64,000 nucleotides of DNA, from contig CM119265.1 in assembly GCA_051294375.1 (NCBI GenBank), positions 1,065,939-1,129,938 of the forward strand, written 5' to 3'. The DNA is from Paraspadella gotoi (Eukaryota > Animalia > Chaetognatha). The position numbers and the translations under genes are program-made. Below the pieces are notes generated by a model that was not told the DNA's origin, did not search any database, and saw only the letters and a list, made by a program, of their open reading frames with translations. Of this stretch, positions 1 through 56,859 are shown in pieces (positions within the stretch are counted from its first letter, which is position 1; each line of letters starts with the position of its first letter).

Positions 1-1469
1 TTGTCGTCGTCGTCGTCGTCTTGTACTTGGCAGTGGTCTTCTTGGCTGAGGTTTTACCGGTGGGTACGCCCGTGGTGGATGCTCCCTTGGTGGTCGATCC
101 ACCTTTGGTAGTCGAATTCGGCATCGCGGTCGTCGGCATATCGGCGCCTTTGCAGGTTTGCATGTTCACGTTGCATTCTTTCTTCATGCAAACGCAACCA
201 TCTTTCCCTTTCATTGCGTCGCAAGCTTTAGAGTTGCAACAGAACATTTGGGTTTTACTGATGGAAAAGAAAAAAAGAATTCTCGTCATGTGATATGTTT
301 TCTTGTGATGTTTTTGTGACATGTTTTCTCGTCATGTGATCTGTTTTCTTGTGTTTTCGTGACATGTTTTTTTGTCATGTGATACGTTTTCTTGTGATGT
401 TTTTGTGACATGTTTTATTGTCATGTGATACGTTTTCTTGTGATATTTTTGTGACATGTCTTTTTGTCATGTGATACGTTTTCTTGTGATGTTTTTGTGA
501 CATATTTTCTTGTCATGTGATACGTTTTCTTGTGATGTTTTTGTGACATGTGTTCTTGTCATGTGATATGTTTTCTTTTGATGTTTTCGTGACATGTTTT
601 CTTGTCATGTGATACGTTTTCTTGTGATGTTTTTGTGACATGTTTTCTTGTCATGTGATACGTTTTCTTGTGATGTTTTTGTGACATGTTTTCTTGTCAT
701 GTGATACGTTTTCTTGTGATGTTTTCGTGACATGTTTTCTTGTCATGTGATACGTTTTCTTTTGATGTTTTCGTGACATGTTTTTTTGTCATGTGATACC
801 GTTTTCTGTAATGTTTTGTGACATGTTTTATTGTCATGTGATACGTTTTCTTGTGGATGTTTTCGTGACATGTTTTCTCGTCATGATATATATTTTTAGT
901 GAGGTTTTTGTCACATGTTTTCTCGTCATCATGTTCGTGAAACAACTATAAGTGGTCAGAATATTAATTGTCACTGATTTAACCTGTTTTATCTCGTAAG
1001 AGTTATCATGTTCTGTTATTATTTCTAATATCTCTAACATAATATTTCCAATCAGTTGCATTCACTTGTTTTCCATCTTGACTCCGCATTGGGGTCCATA
1101 GCTTTTAAAGCCTTGACACGTTTGTGGAACCGTTCCCTTGGCGCACTCGACCTTGGCCACGCTTCCCTTTAACACTCCCTGCCAGGTTTTCAGGCAATCG
1201 GTTCCTTTGGCGTTTGACTGGCAACAAGCGCACGCGTATTTGCCCTTCGCTTCTTTGCAGTCTTTCAGGCATTGGTTGACCGTCGCGCAGATGTTAGTGG
1301 AAGAGTCAGCTTTCGTCGGATCCTTAGCTTGGCACATCAATAGATTTTTCTTCAAATCGCAGGCCGTTTCTTGGCCTGGAGCTCCGCACTTGAGATCGGC
1401 ACCTGCCACGGATCGACCGCCGAAGACGACGACGACGACGACGACGAGAGCGACGAAAAACGAATTCAT
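1..1469 (-). CDS. Secreted two-domain Cys-rich protein with Thr-rich stalk (paralog A, Ly6/uPAR-like); 3' end beyond window
   Basis: Exon 1 1469-1066 (signal peptide MNSFFVALVVVVVVVFGGRSVAG, then LKC...CATVNQC...CACC...CGVKMEN), donor AA|GTGAAT. Acceptor CATCAG| and exon 2 257-<1 are in frame: KTQMFCCNSKACDAMKGKDGCVCMKKECNVNMQTCK followed by a Thr-rich stalk. Confidence 0.88.
281..930. repeat. 46-bp minisatellite (~14 units) in intron of paralog A
   Basis: Unit CTTGTCATGTGATACGTTTTCTTGTGATGTTTTTGTGACATGTTTT recurs every 46 nt (e.g. 601, 647, 693). Confidence 0.95.
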
Positions 1470-2082
1470 TTTAATTTCGGGAGAANNNNNNNNNNAAAAA
1501 AAAAAATGGCGGAAAAAACGAAGGGAAAGAAGAGATGAAATGAGTGTAAAGGGAGATTCTAAGAGAATTAGTTTATTTGGGTAACGCGGTGGGAGAGAGG
1601 GGGAGAGGGAGAGGGAGAGAGAGAGGGAGAGGAAATGAGGGGAGCAAGGAGAGGAAAAGGTGAAGGAAAGGAGGGAGGGAGAGAGAGAGAAAGCTATAAG
1701 AAAAGTGTGTGAGAAAAAGAAGCAAGAGAACGAATCATGCTCACTTAGTCCGTAAGTCCGTCAATCTTTCTGGTCGGTTTGTCTTTCCGTTAGTCTATGC
1801 GTCTCTTCAAAATTTTATATTATGACGACAAAAAATATTTTCTTGGTTACAATCGATATTTCAAGAAACTCTTTCACTTTTAACTCAATAGAAATTTTTT
1901 TTAAAATAGAATTTTCTAATTAATAAGAATGAATTTTCGCTCTAGTTCGTTTCTTTACCGAAATCTCGAACTTCAATTTTTTTTTTTAATTTCTTTTCGA
2001 AAACGGTCAAAAGAGGATTCGCTGTTCATTTGTTCTCAAAAAGACCAATACGACCTCTCTCGACGATGGCTCGAGTCTGTCC

Positions 2083-47074
<44,992 letters not shown>

Positions 47075-47362
47075 GAGGGAGAAGAGGAGGAGAGAGAGGA
47101 AGAGATGGAGGAAGGGAGAGAGAGAAGGAGGAAGGGAGGAAGAAGGGGAGGGAGAGAGAGATGAGACTTTGATTGATGTACCTGTGTCCCCGTCTTACTA
47201 CGTGTGTGAGAGAGAAGAGGAGGAGGAGAAGGAGGAAGAGGAGGAAGAGAAGGAAAAGGAGGAAGATGAGGGGGAGGAAGAAGAAGAGGGGGAGGAAGAA
47301 GATTAGGAGGAGGAGGAAGAGTAGGGGGAGGAGGAAGTGGAGAGGGAGGAGGAAGAGGAGGT

Positions 47363-47395
<33 letters not shown>

Positions 47396-47713
47396 GGAAA
47401 GAAAGATTAGTGATGGAAACGAGAGAAAAGAAAATAACCGAAAGGACAAGACAGAAGACAGAAGACAGAAGAAAATTTAAAAAATATTTCTCATTTTGTA
47501 ATTTCCAAATAAAATATGAAAATCGCAATAGTCGGATTTTATTTAAAACGAAGTAAATAGTTTAAATAGTTCTTTTCTTTTTGTTCATTTCAAGATAAGG
47601 CTTATCTCTTTATTTGTCTGGACCTATCTTATGGTAAAATCTTAACTGTTAACAAAACAAACTTATTTTTTTCTCCCGTTTAATTTTTTCAAAACTGAAC
47701 CTGTACAAAAAAA

Positions 47714-47993
47714 GGTTCTATTTTCTTAAAGCGTCCCATTTCTAAACTCGGAATTTAATTAGTGTTTAGGTTAAAATAATTAAGGTTAAGGTTTAGTTTT
47801 AGGTTAAGGATGAGGGATAAGTATTTGGTTAGTGGTTAGAGTTAAGGATTGCAGTAAGCTACTAGGGTTTGAGGTTAGGGATTATCTTTTTTATCAAGTT
47901 AGGGTAATAATTTGGTAATTTATATAATTAAAGGTTAAAAATTAAGTTCAATCATTAAGGAACAGAAATAAAGCGCTTTTGAAAAAGAGAGCC
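47714..47993. mobile_element. Family T TIR element with TTAGGG-like interior
   Basis: Ends GGTTCTATTTTCTTAAAGCGTCCCATTT and AAATAAAGCGCTTTTGAAAAAGAGAGCC are imperfect inverted repeats. Confidence 0.7.
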
Positions 47994-48060
47994 GAATAAT
48001 CCAGGCCAAGAAGCATCGACGTTCAAACGTCTCACTCCTTAAAACTTCTGTCCCGGCAAC

Positions 48061-49269
48061 TCAGAACTGCACCGGCATGCCGACACCGCCGACGTAGACG
48101 ACCATCGTAGCGACGATGATGCCGACTCGTCCAGCGCCGCCGCAGACCCGAGCTTGTCCGCTAGGCGCCACTGGCATCGCAGTCGTCGTCGTGGTCGTGT
48201 TCGGTTTAGAAGACAAACATTTGACGTAGTCGTCGTTGCATTCATGCGTGGCGCAGCAACATCCGTCCTTCTTGGCGTAGATGGCGTCGCAGGCCGCGTC
48301 AGAATTGACGCAGCGACGGTCTTCGCTGGAGTTGCTGTGGAGAGGGAGAAGGAGAGAGGGAGGGAGAGGGAGAGAGAGGGAGGGAGAGAGAAGAAAGAGA
48401 TGTAGAGGGAGAGAGGGAGAGAGAGAGAATGGGAGAGAGAGGGAGGGAGAGAGCTTAATTGTATTCATTTGTGATGACGTTTAAAAATGATAAAAATTTA
48501 GTTTTCACTGTTTTTATTTCATTTTCTTTACCTCTCTTTTCTCTTTCCTCTCTTTCTTAACCTCTCCTTTCTCTTTCCTCCCTTTCCTTACCTCTCTTTG
48601 CTCCCTTTCTTTACCTCTCTTTTCTTTTTCCTCTTTTTTTTACCTCTCTTTTCTCTTTCCTCCCTTTCTTTACCTCTCTTTTCTCTTTCCTCCATTTTTT
48701 TATCTTTCTCTTCTCTTTCCTCCCTTTCTTTACCTCTCTTTTCTCTTGCCTCCCTTTCTTAAACTCTTTTTTCTCTTTCCTCCCTTTCTTCACCTCTCTT
48801 TTCTCTTTCCTCCCTTCCTTCTCCTAAGTCCTCTCACTAATCCTTGCATCTCTCCTCTTGTTCTCCCTCTCCCCGTTTTCTCTCTCTTCCTCCATTTGTC
48901 TCTTTCCTTCTCTCCCTCCTCCCGCCCCGCTGTCCCTCCATCTTCCCTTTTTGTTCCCCCGTCCCACCCTCTTTCTCCCTCTCTCTCTCTTCCCCTATCT
49001 CTCCCCTCCTTCCCTCCCTCCCTCCTTCCCTCTCTCTCCCTCCCTTCCTCCCCCCTCTCCCTCTCACCCTGCTTGTCTCACTCCACATTGAACTTTAAAA
49101 TTGGGTTGAAGTCCCCAACAGTCGGTCTGAGGTTTAGTCTCCGCATTGCACTTCAGTTTGTAGAGCTGTTCCCTCGCCGGGCGCCAATAGTCCACGCAGG
49201 CTGCCATGTAATTGTCTTGTGGGCAACAGGCGCACTTCCATCTGAGATATAAGAGAGAGAGGGAGAGAG

Positions 49270-49326
<57 letters not shown>

Positions 49327-50188
49327 TGAGTCACAGTTAGAATCACGACTTAATTCTTAACCGATTTCACAATCAATTGGAACTTATGACTAATTTTTTT
49401 TCCTGTCGTAAATTAATCTCATGCAAAATTAATGTCAATCATGATTTGGCTCCTTTTTCCAAGAAGGCCCCATTTATGTTCGTTTATCCCAGAATTTAAT
49501 TTTAAAAACTAATCTCTAATCCTAACCTAAACCTAATCCTAAACCCTAACCTTAACACGAACCTCTAACCGCAAACATTAATTCTTAACCCAAATCCGTA
49601 ATACTAACCCTGAATTGTAACCTCTGACTTAATTTTTAAAATTTTTTGGATAAGGCGCTAAGTGGGCTGAAGATGACTATCTTTAACTTCTATAAACCCC
49701 TCTATTTAACATTCATCTGGGTCTGACTAACAGACTGAACGACAGACTGACCGACCGATTGAATGACCGACCGACTGACCGACCTGCCGAATTCCAAAGT
49801 GCAGTTGGTGGCGCAGTCATTGACTGTAGCGCATTGACTTCCACTCGGTGTAACTAGACAAAAGACCTGATTGGAGGAAAGACGAAATCAGGTTAAATGA
49901 TGTGAAAAAGTCGCCAAGTGTGCTGAAGAGTACTAAGTGTGCTAAGTGTTAAATGCGCAGAGTGTGCTGAAGAGTGCAACTTCTTAAACCCCCTTTAGCA
50001 GCAATGGAACGGGCGCTGGGCTTTGTACCGTGTAGGTACTAGAATTTTTCCAGTATAAATCAGTGAACCTGATTCTTCGTATTGAGACAAGTTTCTGGGA
50101 GAATTCCGCAAGTCAGCATCGCAGCGGTGGACGGAAAGTAGAACAGCGCAGCCAGAGCGGTCAGTGCTGCCGCTGTCGTCGTCTTCAT
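48061..50188 (-). CDS. Secreted two-domain Cys-rich, probably GPI-anchored protein (paralog B)
   Basis: Exons 50188-50069, 49866-49784, 49241-49068 and 48334-48061 splice in frame: MKTTTAAALTALAALFYFPSTAAMLTCGILPETC...CATVNDC...WKCACC...CGVRQAGN...CDAIYAKKDGCCCATHECNDDYVKC, then a Thr stalk and hydrophobic tail. Confidence 0.9.
48520..48815. repeat. ~30-bp pyrimidine-rich tandem repeat
   Basis: Unit TTTCCTCCCTTTCTTTACCTCTCTTTTCTC. Confidence 0.85.
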
Positions 50189-50964
50189 AGTCGTCGTCGT
50201 CGTCCTCATTCAAAATAAAGAAATAATTTAAAAAAAAGAAAAAAATACCCTGATGAAATTTTTTCGCTTTTAATCTTTTTTTTTAATTCGGATTTTTTAA
50301 GTCGAAGTTAAATTCGTTTGTTTGTGGCGACTTATTAATAATATTGGAGAGATAGAGAGAGAGAGATATTATATATTAAGTTTTTCAGTTGTGCTTTTAT
50401 TCTTTTCTAATTATAAAAAGAGAGTGGACTGACGTAATGTCACATTACCAATTGGATAAGACTGTTCTGTGTTCCGTACATAATACAAAATTAATGGGCT
50501 AAAGCTTCATCACCCAAACCCAAAGGTCACGGTTTCCAACCCGGGTCAAAACTTTCCTTGCGAATAAGCGAAGAACCGAAAATCAAGTCTCCCGCTAAAT
50601 GAAGTTGCGGAAATCAACGCTACTGACTAGAAATTCATTCTGCTCCACTGGGCACACTAAGTGTTGGGGCTTTTCACACTGTCAGAGAAGTTTGGCGATG
50701 ACCAATCCTCTGGGTCACTTCAACGGGAATATGTTTTCAGTTTAAACTGTAGAATGTAGTTCAAATTCTAGCTCAAACCCTAAAACTAACTTTCAAGTTA
50801 AAAAAAAATATCACAACTAGAATCAAAACTATATTTTTCATTCTTAATTAACGATTCGTTTATATTTCGTCATTTAATCTAAAATCAATAAAAAAATGCC
50901 AATATTTAACAACTTAAATATCAAACCAACCGCGTCCAAAAAAACCTCTTTTCTCTCTCACTCC

Positions 50965-50997
<33 letters not shown>

Positions 50998-51002
<5 letters not shown>

Positions 51003-52486
51003 CCCATATTTTGGGCTTCGGTTGACGGTCCGTGTTCACATTTCCCACGATTCTACATTTGGTCCAGTTAGATTTGTCTCCCGGCTTTCCAGTGTAGCAC
51101 CATTCGTAAGTCGTACCGTCGCGTTTGGCGCAAGGGGATGTGCAGCAATAATCCCATTTGGTTGCTGTTGTGTAGCACCAGGCGTAGTCGTAACCTGGTT
51201 GGGGAAAAATGGGAGAGATAGAGAGAGAGACGTAAGTTATGAGTCACTTATAATTCAGTTTCATGTCAAGTCTACAACTTGATAATCTTTAAATCTTTTT
51301 ATTCAGTTTCTTTCTTTCTTTCTTTCCATTTTCTTCCATTTCTTTCCATTTTCTTCCATTTCTTTCCATTTTCTTCCATTTCTTTCTATTTTTCATTTTT
51401 TCTATTTTTAATTATTTGTATTTTTAATTTCTTTCTTTTTTAACTTTTGTCTAGTTTCATTTTCTTTCCAATTTAAATTTCTTTTCAATTTTAAACTTCT
51501 TTCCATTTTCAACTTCTTCCCACTTTTAATCCACTGTTTTTAATTTCTATTCCATTTCATTTCCACTCGGCACTATTTTCCACTCACCGTTATAGTCACA
51601 GACTTTTCCAGTGTAACATTCTTGAATATTCGCCGTCATGCACTTATAGTTAGGGAATTCCCCGTCTGAATTTTAAAAAGATAAACGATTTAGAAACGTT
51701 TAGAACGTTTTAGAAATTATATAAAGAAAACAATAATAAACATGCATTTAACTAACTTTGCGTTTAAAAAAAGGTTTGGAAATAATACTTTAATTTTTAG
51801 AAAAGTTCTACAAATGCCGATTTGTAAAATTTTAGATATTCTAAATCTTAAAAAGCTTGAGATATTCTATTATTTCTAAACATTCTAATTTAAAATAATA
51901 TAACGGCATTGCAAGTAAGCGTTTAGTATCATTAATAGATATTGTGTTGTGGTGAAATCTGTACAAATGCAAAACATATTTTTTGGCCTAATATTTTTAA
52001 CTCACAATATTTGTTCGCCTCTGATGATGATACAAAAATACACAAATCGAAATATTTAGCAAAAAAATGTTTTTTCCTTCGTACAGATTTTCTAATAATA
52101 CAATAAATAATTTATTATTGATTAATAAAAATGATTCTTTAATCTATTTCAAGAATATTCGCAATTCGAATATCGCCCCAGTAAACTTCCTTTCACTTCG
52201 TATCTCTTTCGCCATTTCTTAGTAAATTAGTTAATTCTTAATTAATTAATTAATTTCTTAGTTAATTATTTAGTTAATTTATTAGTTAGTTATTTAGTAA
52301 GTTTCCTCCTCTTTCTCCCCCTCCCCTCCCCTTAACCCTCTCCCTACCTCTCGTCTTATAAACTTTGAGCCAACACGAAATGTCGTGATTATCGAGTTTC
52401 CATCCTTTCGGCGCCAGAGATGTCGGTACGGCGGAGACCGAAGCCGACAAAGTGAAGACGACAAAAACCAAAAAGATGAACGTCAT
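50998..52486 (-). CDS. Small secreted Cys/Trp-rich protein with two C-x(3-6)-Y-x-WCYT-x(4-8)-W-x-x-C repeats
   Basis: Exons 52486-52348, 51665-51588 and 51194-50998 in frame: signal peptide, ...CYTGKVCDYNGYDYAWCYTTATKWDYCCTSPCAKRDGTTYEWCYTGKPGDKSNWTKC...KIWD*. Confidence 0.88.
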
Positions 52487-53876
52487 TTTCGAAGTTGATT
52501 ATGAATTTCTTCAAAATAAATTGTTTTTTTTCAAATGGCAAAGTTTAAATTGTTGTTCAATTCTTTTATATTGCTTGTATTTGCTCGCGAAATAACTCTT
52601 TAAGAAACTTTTCGGTCAGTCTGTCTGTCGGTTTAGAAAATTTAAAGCTGTGGCTCTATTTCTTAAAATAGCTAATATCTAAACTTAATTATAATCATAT
52701 TATTTAACCCAATGCTGTTAATAAACCTAATTCTTAACTTTAATTCTTATCTCTAATCCCTAATGTTTAATACTTAACTTATAAACAATTGTTCCACAGA
52801 TATTTTATTTTGCTATAAACTTAATAATTATCTGTATATACTTATATTATTAAAAATAAATGCAGCGCAATACCCTATAAAACCCTCTTTTTTTCCTTAC
52901 AATTTTTTTTCATTGGCGTCGCTAAGTCAAAACCAAACAGAAGAACAATAGAATAATAAGATCAACAAATACGTTCTGTCTTCGAATTTTGATTTTTCGG
53001 TAAAAATATAAACAAAGAGAAAAATGAGAAAAATAGATTTTAATCAAACAATTATTGTTCAAAGGACTAAAGTATAAAGGGACTATTGATAGCAGATACC
53101 AAGTGACATAAAAAGAAAGAGAAAAAAAAGTGAAAAAAATACAAGATTTTATTTTTATAAACAAACATAAACTAAAAGAAGATTCGAAAGAAGGATTTTT
53201 GGCCTTATATTCAAAGAACGGCCCATTTTATCTTAATTTTTTTTAGGTTAATGGTCAAAAATAGGGGTTAGGATTTGGTTTGTGATTTGGGAGTAGTATT
53301 TAGTATTAAAGGTTATGTTTAAAAATTATTGATTACAGTTTTTTAATGTCAAGTTCTAACAAGTAAAACATAATAAAAAATGAGTTTTAATTCTTTATTC
53401 TTTATCTTATTCACATCACAGGAGTATAAAGCCACTAAAAGCAAATCGGATGGGAGACTCAGGTGATCAGAAATATTACTAGAATATCAATAGAATAAAC
53501 GAACAGAAACGAGGCACTCTCGGAAAAGAGAGCCAGAAATGGGACACTCTCGGAAAAGAAAGCCAGATTTTTTTGTTCGTTTTGAACTAAAAGACCACGA
53601 TGACGACGACGACGACGACGACGATGAAGACGACAACCGAAAAAAAAAAACAATGCGACACATTTTATATTGGTTGTACCAATTTCATAAAATGAAAAAT
53701 AAACTTCTGACAAATTAATTCTTCAGGTTTTAAAAATTGTTTATAATAGTCACTGCAAAATAATTAATTTCCGTATTTAGCACCAAACCATTGCAGCATT
53801 CCGCAACATTCGCAGTTAGCAGGATGCCGCAACCTCTGAATCAAGCATCGTTAATGCCGCAACTTCTCCAATGCGT

Positions 53877-55811
53877 CTAAACATCTAAATGCGGCAACAG
53901 CACCAAGACGTTCGTGGATCCCAACGAAGCGAAGGCGACGATGAGGAAGACGACGAAGGCGACGCTGGAGACGACGACGTCGGCACCAGATTTGAAGACG
54001 ATCGGATGCACGGTTGGATAATTGCTAGAATCGCAGGACAACATATCCTTGTTGCATCCGGTTGTAGCGCAGCAGCAGCCGCCGAACGGGAACATCCGGG
54101 CGCAAGCGGCTGGCGAGTTGGCGCAAAAACGATAAGTGCTGGAAAGGTCGGGGGGGGGGGATGAGAGATGAATGAATGAGAGATGATTGAATGAGAGATG
54201 AATGAATGAGAGATGAATGAATGAGAGATGAATGAATTAAAATGGGGAAAAAAAAGGATGAATAAAATAATTTTTATATTGGTTGTACCAATTTCAGAGT
54301 TTCTATTTTTAGTTTTCCTCTCGCGCTGACTCCACAACGAGGTTCCACCCACTAACTTGTTCGCGCTGACTCCACAACGAGGCTCGAACCCAGGAATTCC
54401 ACGACAATACGAAGAAGGTTTAGTATCTTTATCGCATTTTAGAATCGACGCCGTCGTGCTCCGCTCGTTCCACCAAAGTAGACCAGGCCGGATGCATTCA
54501 TGCTCGGAGGACAAACAGGCGCAGTAAGAGTCCTCATCTTTTTAAGCAGGCGGGGGGGGAGGAAAGCAGGCGGGGGGAGGAAAACGGGCAGGGGGGAGGA
54601 AAGCGGGCGGGGGGAGGAAAGCGGGCGGGGGGGAGGAAAACGGGCGGGGGGAGGAAAGCGGGGGCGGGGGAGGAAATCGGGGTGGGGGGGGGCAGGAAAG
54701 CGGGGGAGGTGGTGGAGTCCGTTGAGGGTCGACAAGGGGTCAGGGAGTTAATATTTTGGCAGCTTTGCTTAAGGGAGGGTCGTTATTTCGTTGTACTGTT
54801 GTCGCATCAATCCTTTCAAAATATAAACAAGAACGGAAATTCAAATGTGTTGCGACGTAGATACTTTCTCTTAGTCCGTCTTTTATTCTTTATAGTTTTA
54901 TGATTTCCTTAAGGCGACGCTCACAGTCACTTAGATTTGAAGTTTTTTCCTGGCTTAACAAATGAGCAACTATAGGCGAATTATATGCATTTTTAACGTA
55001 AGTGGGACAGATGGACAGACCGACCGAAACGTAACTTATAGAGTTGCTCCGCGAGTAATCGAGGCGTAACTAAAAATTAGTCATTGGTCAGTAAAGGTTT
55101 CGCAAGCTCATTCATCAAGTCATTCACTATTTACAGTAAATTATTCATCAAAAACTTAATTCTCTTATCTTTTGTCATTTATCTGTCATTGATATATCTT
55201 CGACTTTTAATATAATTTTTAATCAATTATATCATATCGTCGAGTGACTCAATTATAAGACGCCAACTTTTATCACAACCCCCATCATCATCTTCTTTAT
55301 CACATCTTCTATCACAACCCCCATCTGTCACATCTTCTGTCACAACCCCCATCTTTCACATCTCCTATCACAACTTTCCATCAACCTCTACTCTATCACA
55401 TCTCCTGTGGATAAGGCGCTACCGGGTCACAACTGAAAGTATCACGATTCTAGGCGGGGTGAACCTAGGCAATGCCCGACTACACTCCTATCACAACTCC
55501 CCATCATTCTCTCCTAAATTACATCTTCTATCACAACCTCCATCATCACTCTATGACATCTTTTATCACAACTCGCCTGTATCCATGCAATAATCAAGAC
55601 ATTGGTTCACGGTGGCGCATAGAGGTGGGGAATCCCAATTCGTCATGACGAGACACAAGAGTTCGTCCTTGAAAATGGAACACGTGACATTGAGCCGAGT
55701 GCTGCTGCTGCAATACGGTTCTGCAGCCAGAGAGACGGTTGGAACCGTAGAAAGTATTGCAAGAGCCAACGCCGGCAGAATGTGGAAGAGAGAAAGCCAA
55801 GTGGGGGACAT
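53877..55811 (-). CDS. Secreted two-domain Cys-rich, probably GPI/TM-anchored protein (paralog C)
   Basis: Exons 55811-55577 (GC donor G|GCGAGT), 54537-54357 and 54138-53877: signal peptide, ...CATVNQCLDYC...YCAC...LKCDKDTKP...CGVSANN...GGCCCATTGCNKDMLSC, hydrophobic tail. Confidence 0.88.
54547..54712 (+). repeat. G-rich ~18-bp repeat (GGCGGGGGGAGGAAA), G-quadruplex-capable
   Basis: Direct inspection; reads as a C-rich tract upstream of the acceptor on the coding (minus) strand. Confidence 0.8.
55406..55484 (-). mobile_element. Internally deleted family S element with 4-bp TSD (CTCC)
   Basis: CTCC|TGTGGATAAGGCGC...GCCCGACTACA|CTCC; interrupts a TCACATCTCCTATCACA repeat unit that is intact nearby. 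Confidence 0.75.
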
Positions 55812-56859
55812 TTCAAATCGATGCCAACCCAAAATTAATTTCCATAAATAAAAAAAATTAAGAAAAAAAAATAAATAAATTTTCTGAAAACTATGGGCGA
55901 ATTTTATTCAAAAGAGGAAAAAGGGGAAAATAATTTAATTTCCTTTTAAATGAAAAGGTTTAATCCTATAATGTACTTATTATAGAGTGCAGTGCAGATA
56001 AAATGAAAATGAATAATTTTTCACACTTTTCATAAAATATTTCTATTAGAAACGTAAGATGACATGAGATGACATAAGTTATAAGATGACATGAGATGAC
56101 ATAAGATGATATGAGATGTCGTAATTTTAAGAAAAATGTAAATAAAATTAAAGATAAAAATAAAAAGTCAAGAATTTTGGTCTTTCGTCATTTTTGACAA
56201 ATAACCAGAAACAAGAATCTCAATTCTTTAATTTCACAATCGAAGTCAGTTCTAATTTCTTTCAATTATAAAAAAAAGGTTTATTATACTTTTAATCAAT
56301 TGATATATAGGATGCACGAAATTATTAATATAAAAAAGCGTCTCTTTTTGAACATTTGTTAATAATCATTTATTCAAATTTGTGTCCTTATTTCTCGGCC
56401 TCCATTCGACTGGGTCTATGCAAACAATTACCAATCAGCTAAACCTTTCCCGTCGCCAAATGACAACTTCAAAAATAATGATATTATATTCCAAATTTCA
56501 ACCAGAAAAACCCAGACTTTTTAAATGTTTTATTTCCTTCACATGAAAAAAAAAGAAAAAAAATGTTCGAAAAATATGAATCGCAGCAGAATTTCAAATT
56601 TTGTAGCAGCATTTACCGATTTGCAGCAGCTTTTCCCATTTACCGATTAGCAGCTTTTCCAATTTGAAGCATGATTTCTATTAGCCCCTTCCCCCCCTTT
56701 TTTTTGTTGCCGCAGCGATAGTCTCCAACATCCCCCATCTGTAGCAAAGACGATCTTCCAATCCGCAACACAGACGACTGCAACCAATGACCCGCATTCG
56801 TCTTTCCCCCCCCCGTCTGCAAAGACCTCTTCCATCTGCAAAACCGCGTGACCAACTCA

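Noticed and set aside
697-1061. ORFs with repeated KTCHENI / KHVTKT peptides
   Set aside because: They are translations of the 46-bp intronic minisatellite; the unit is not a multiple of three.
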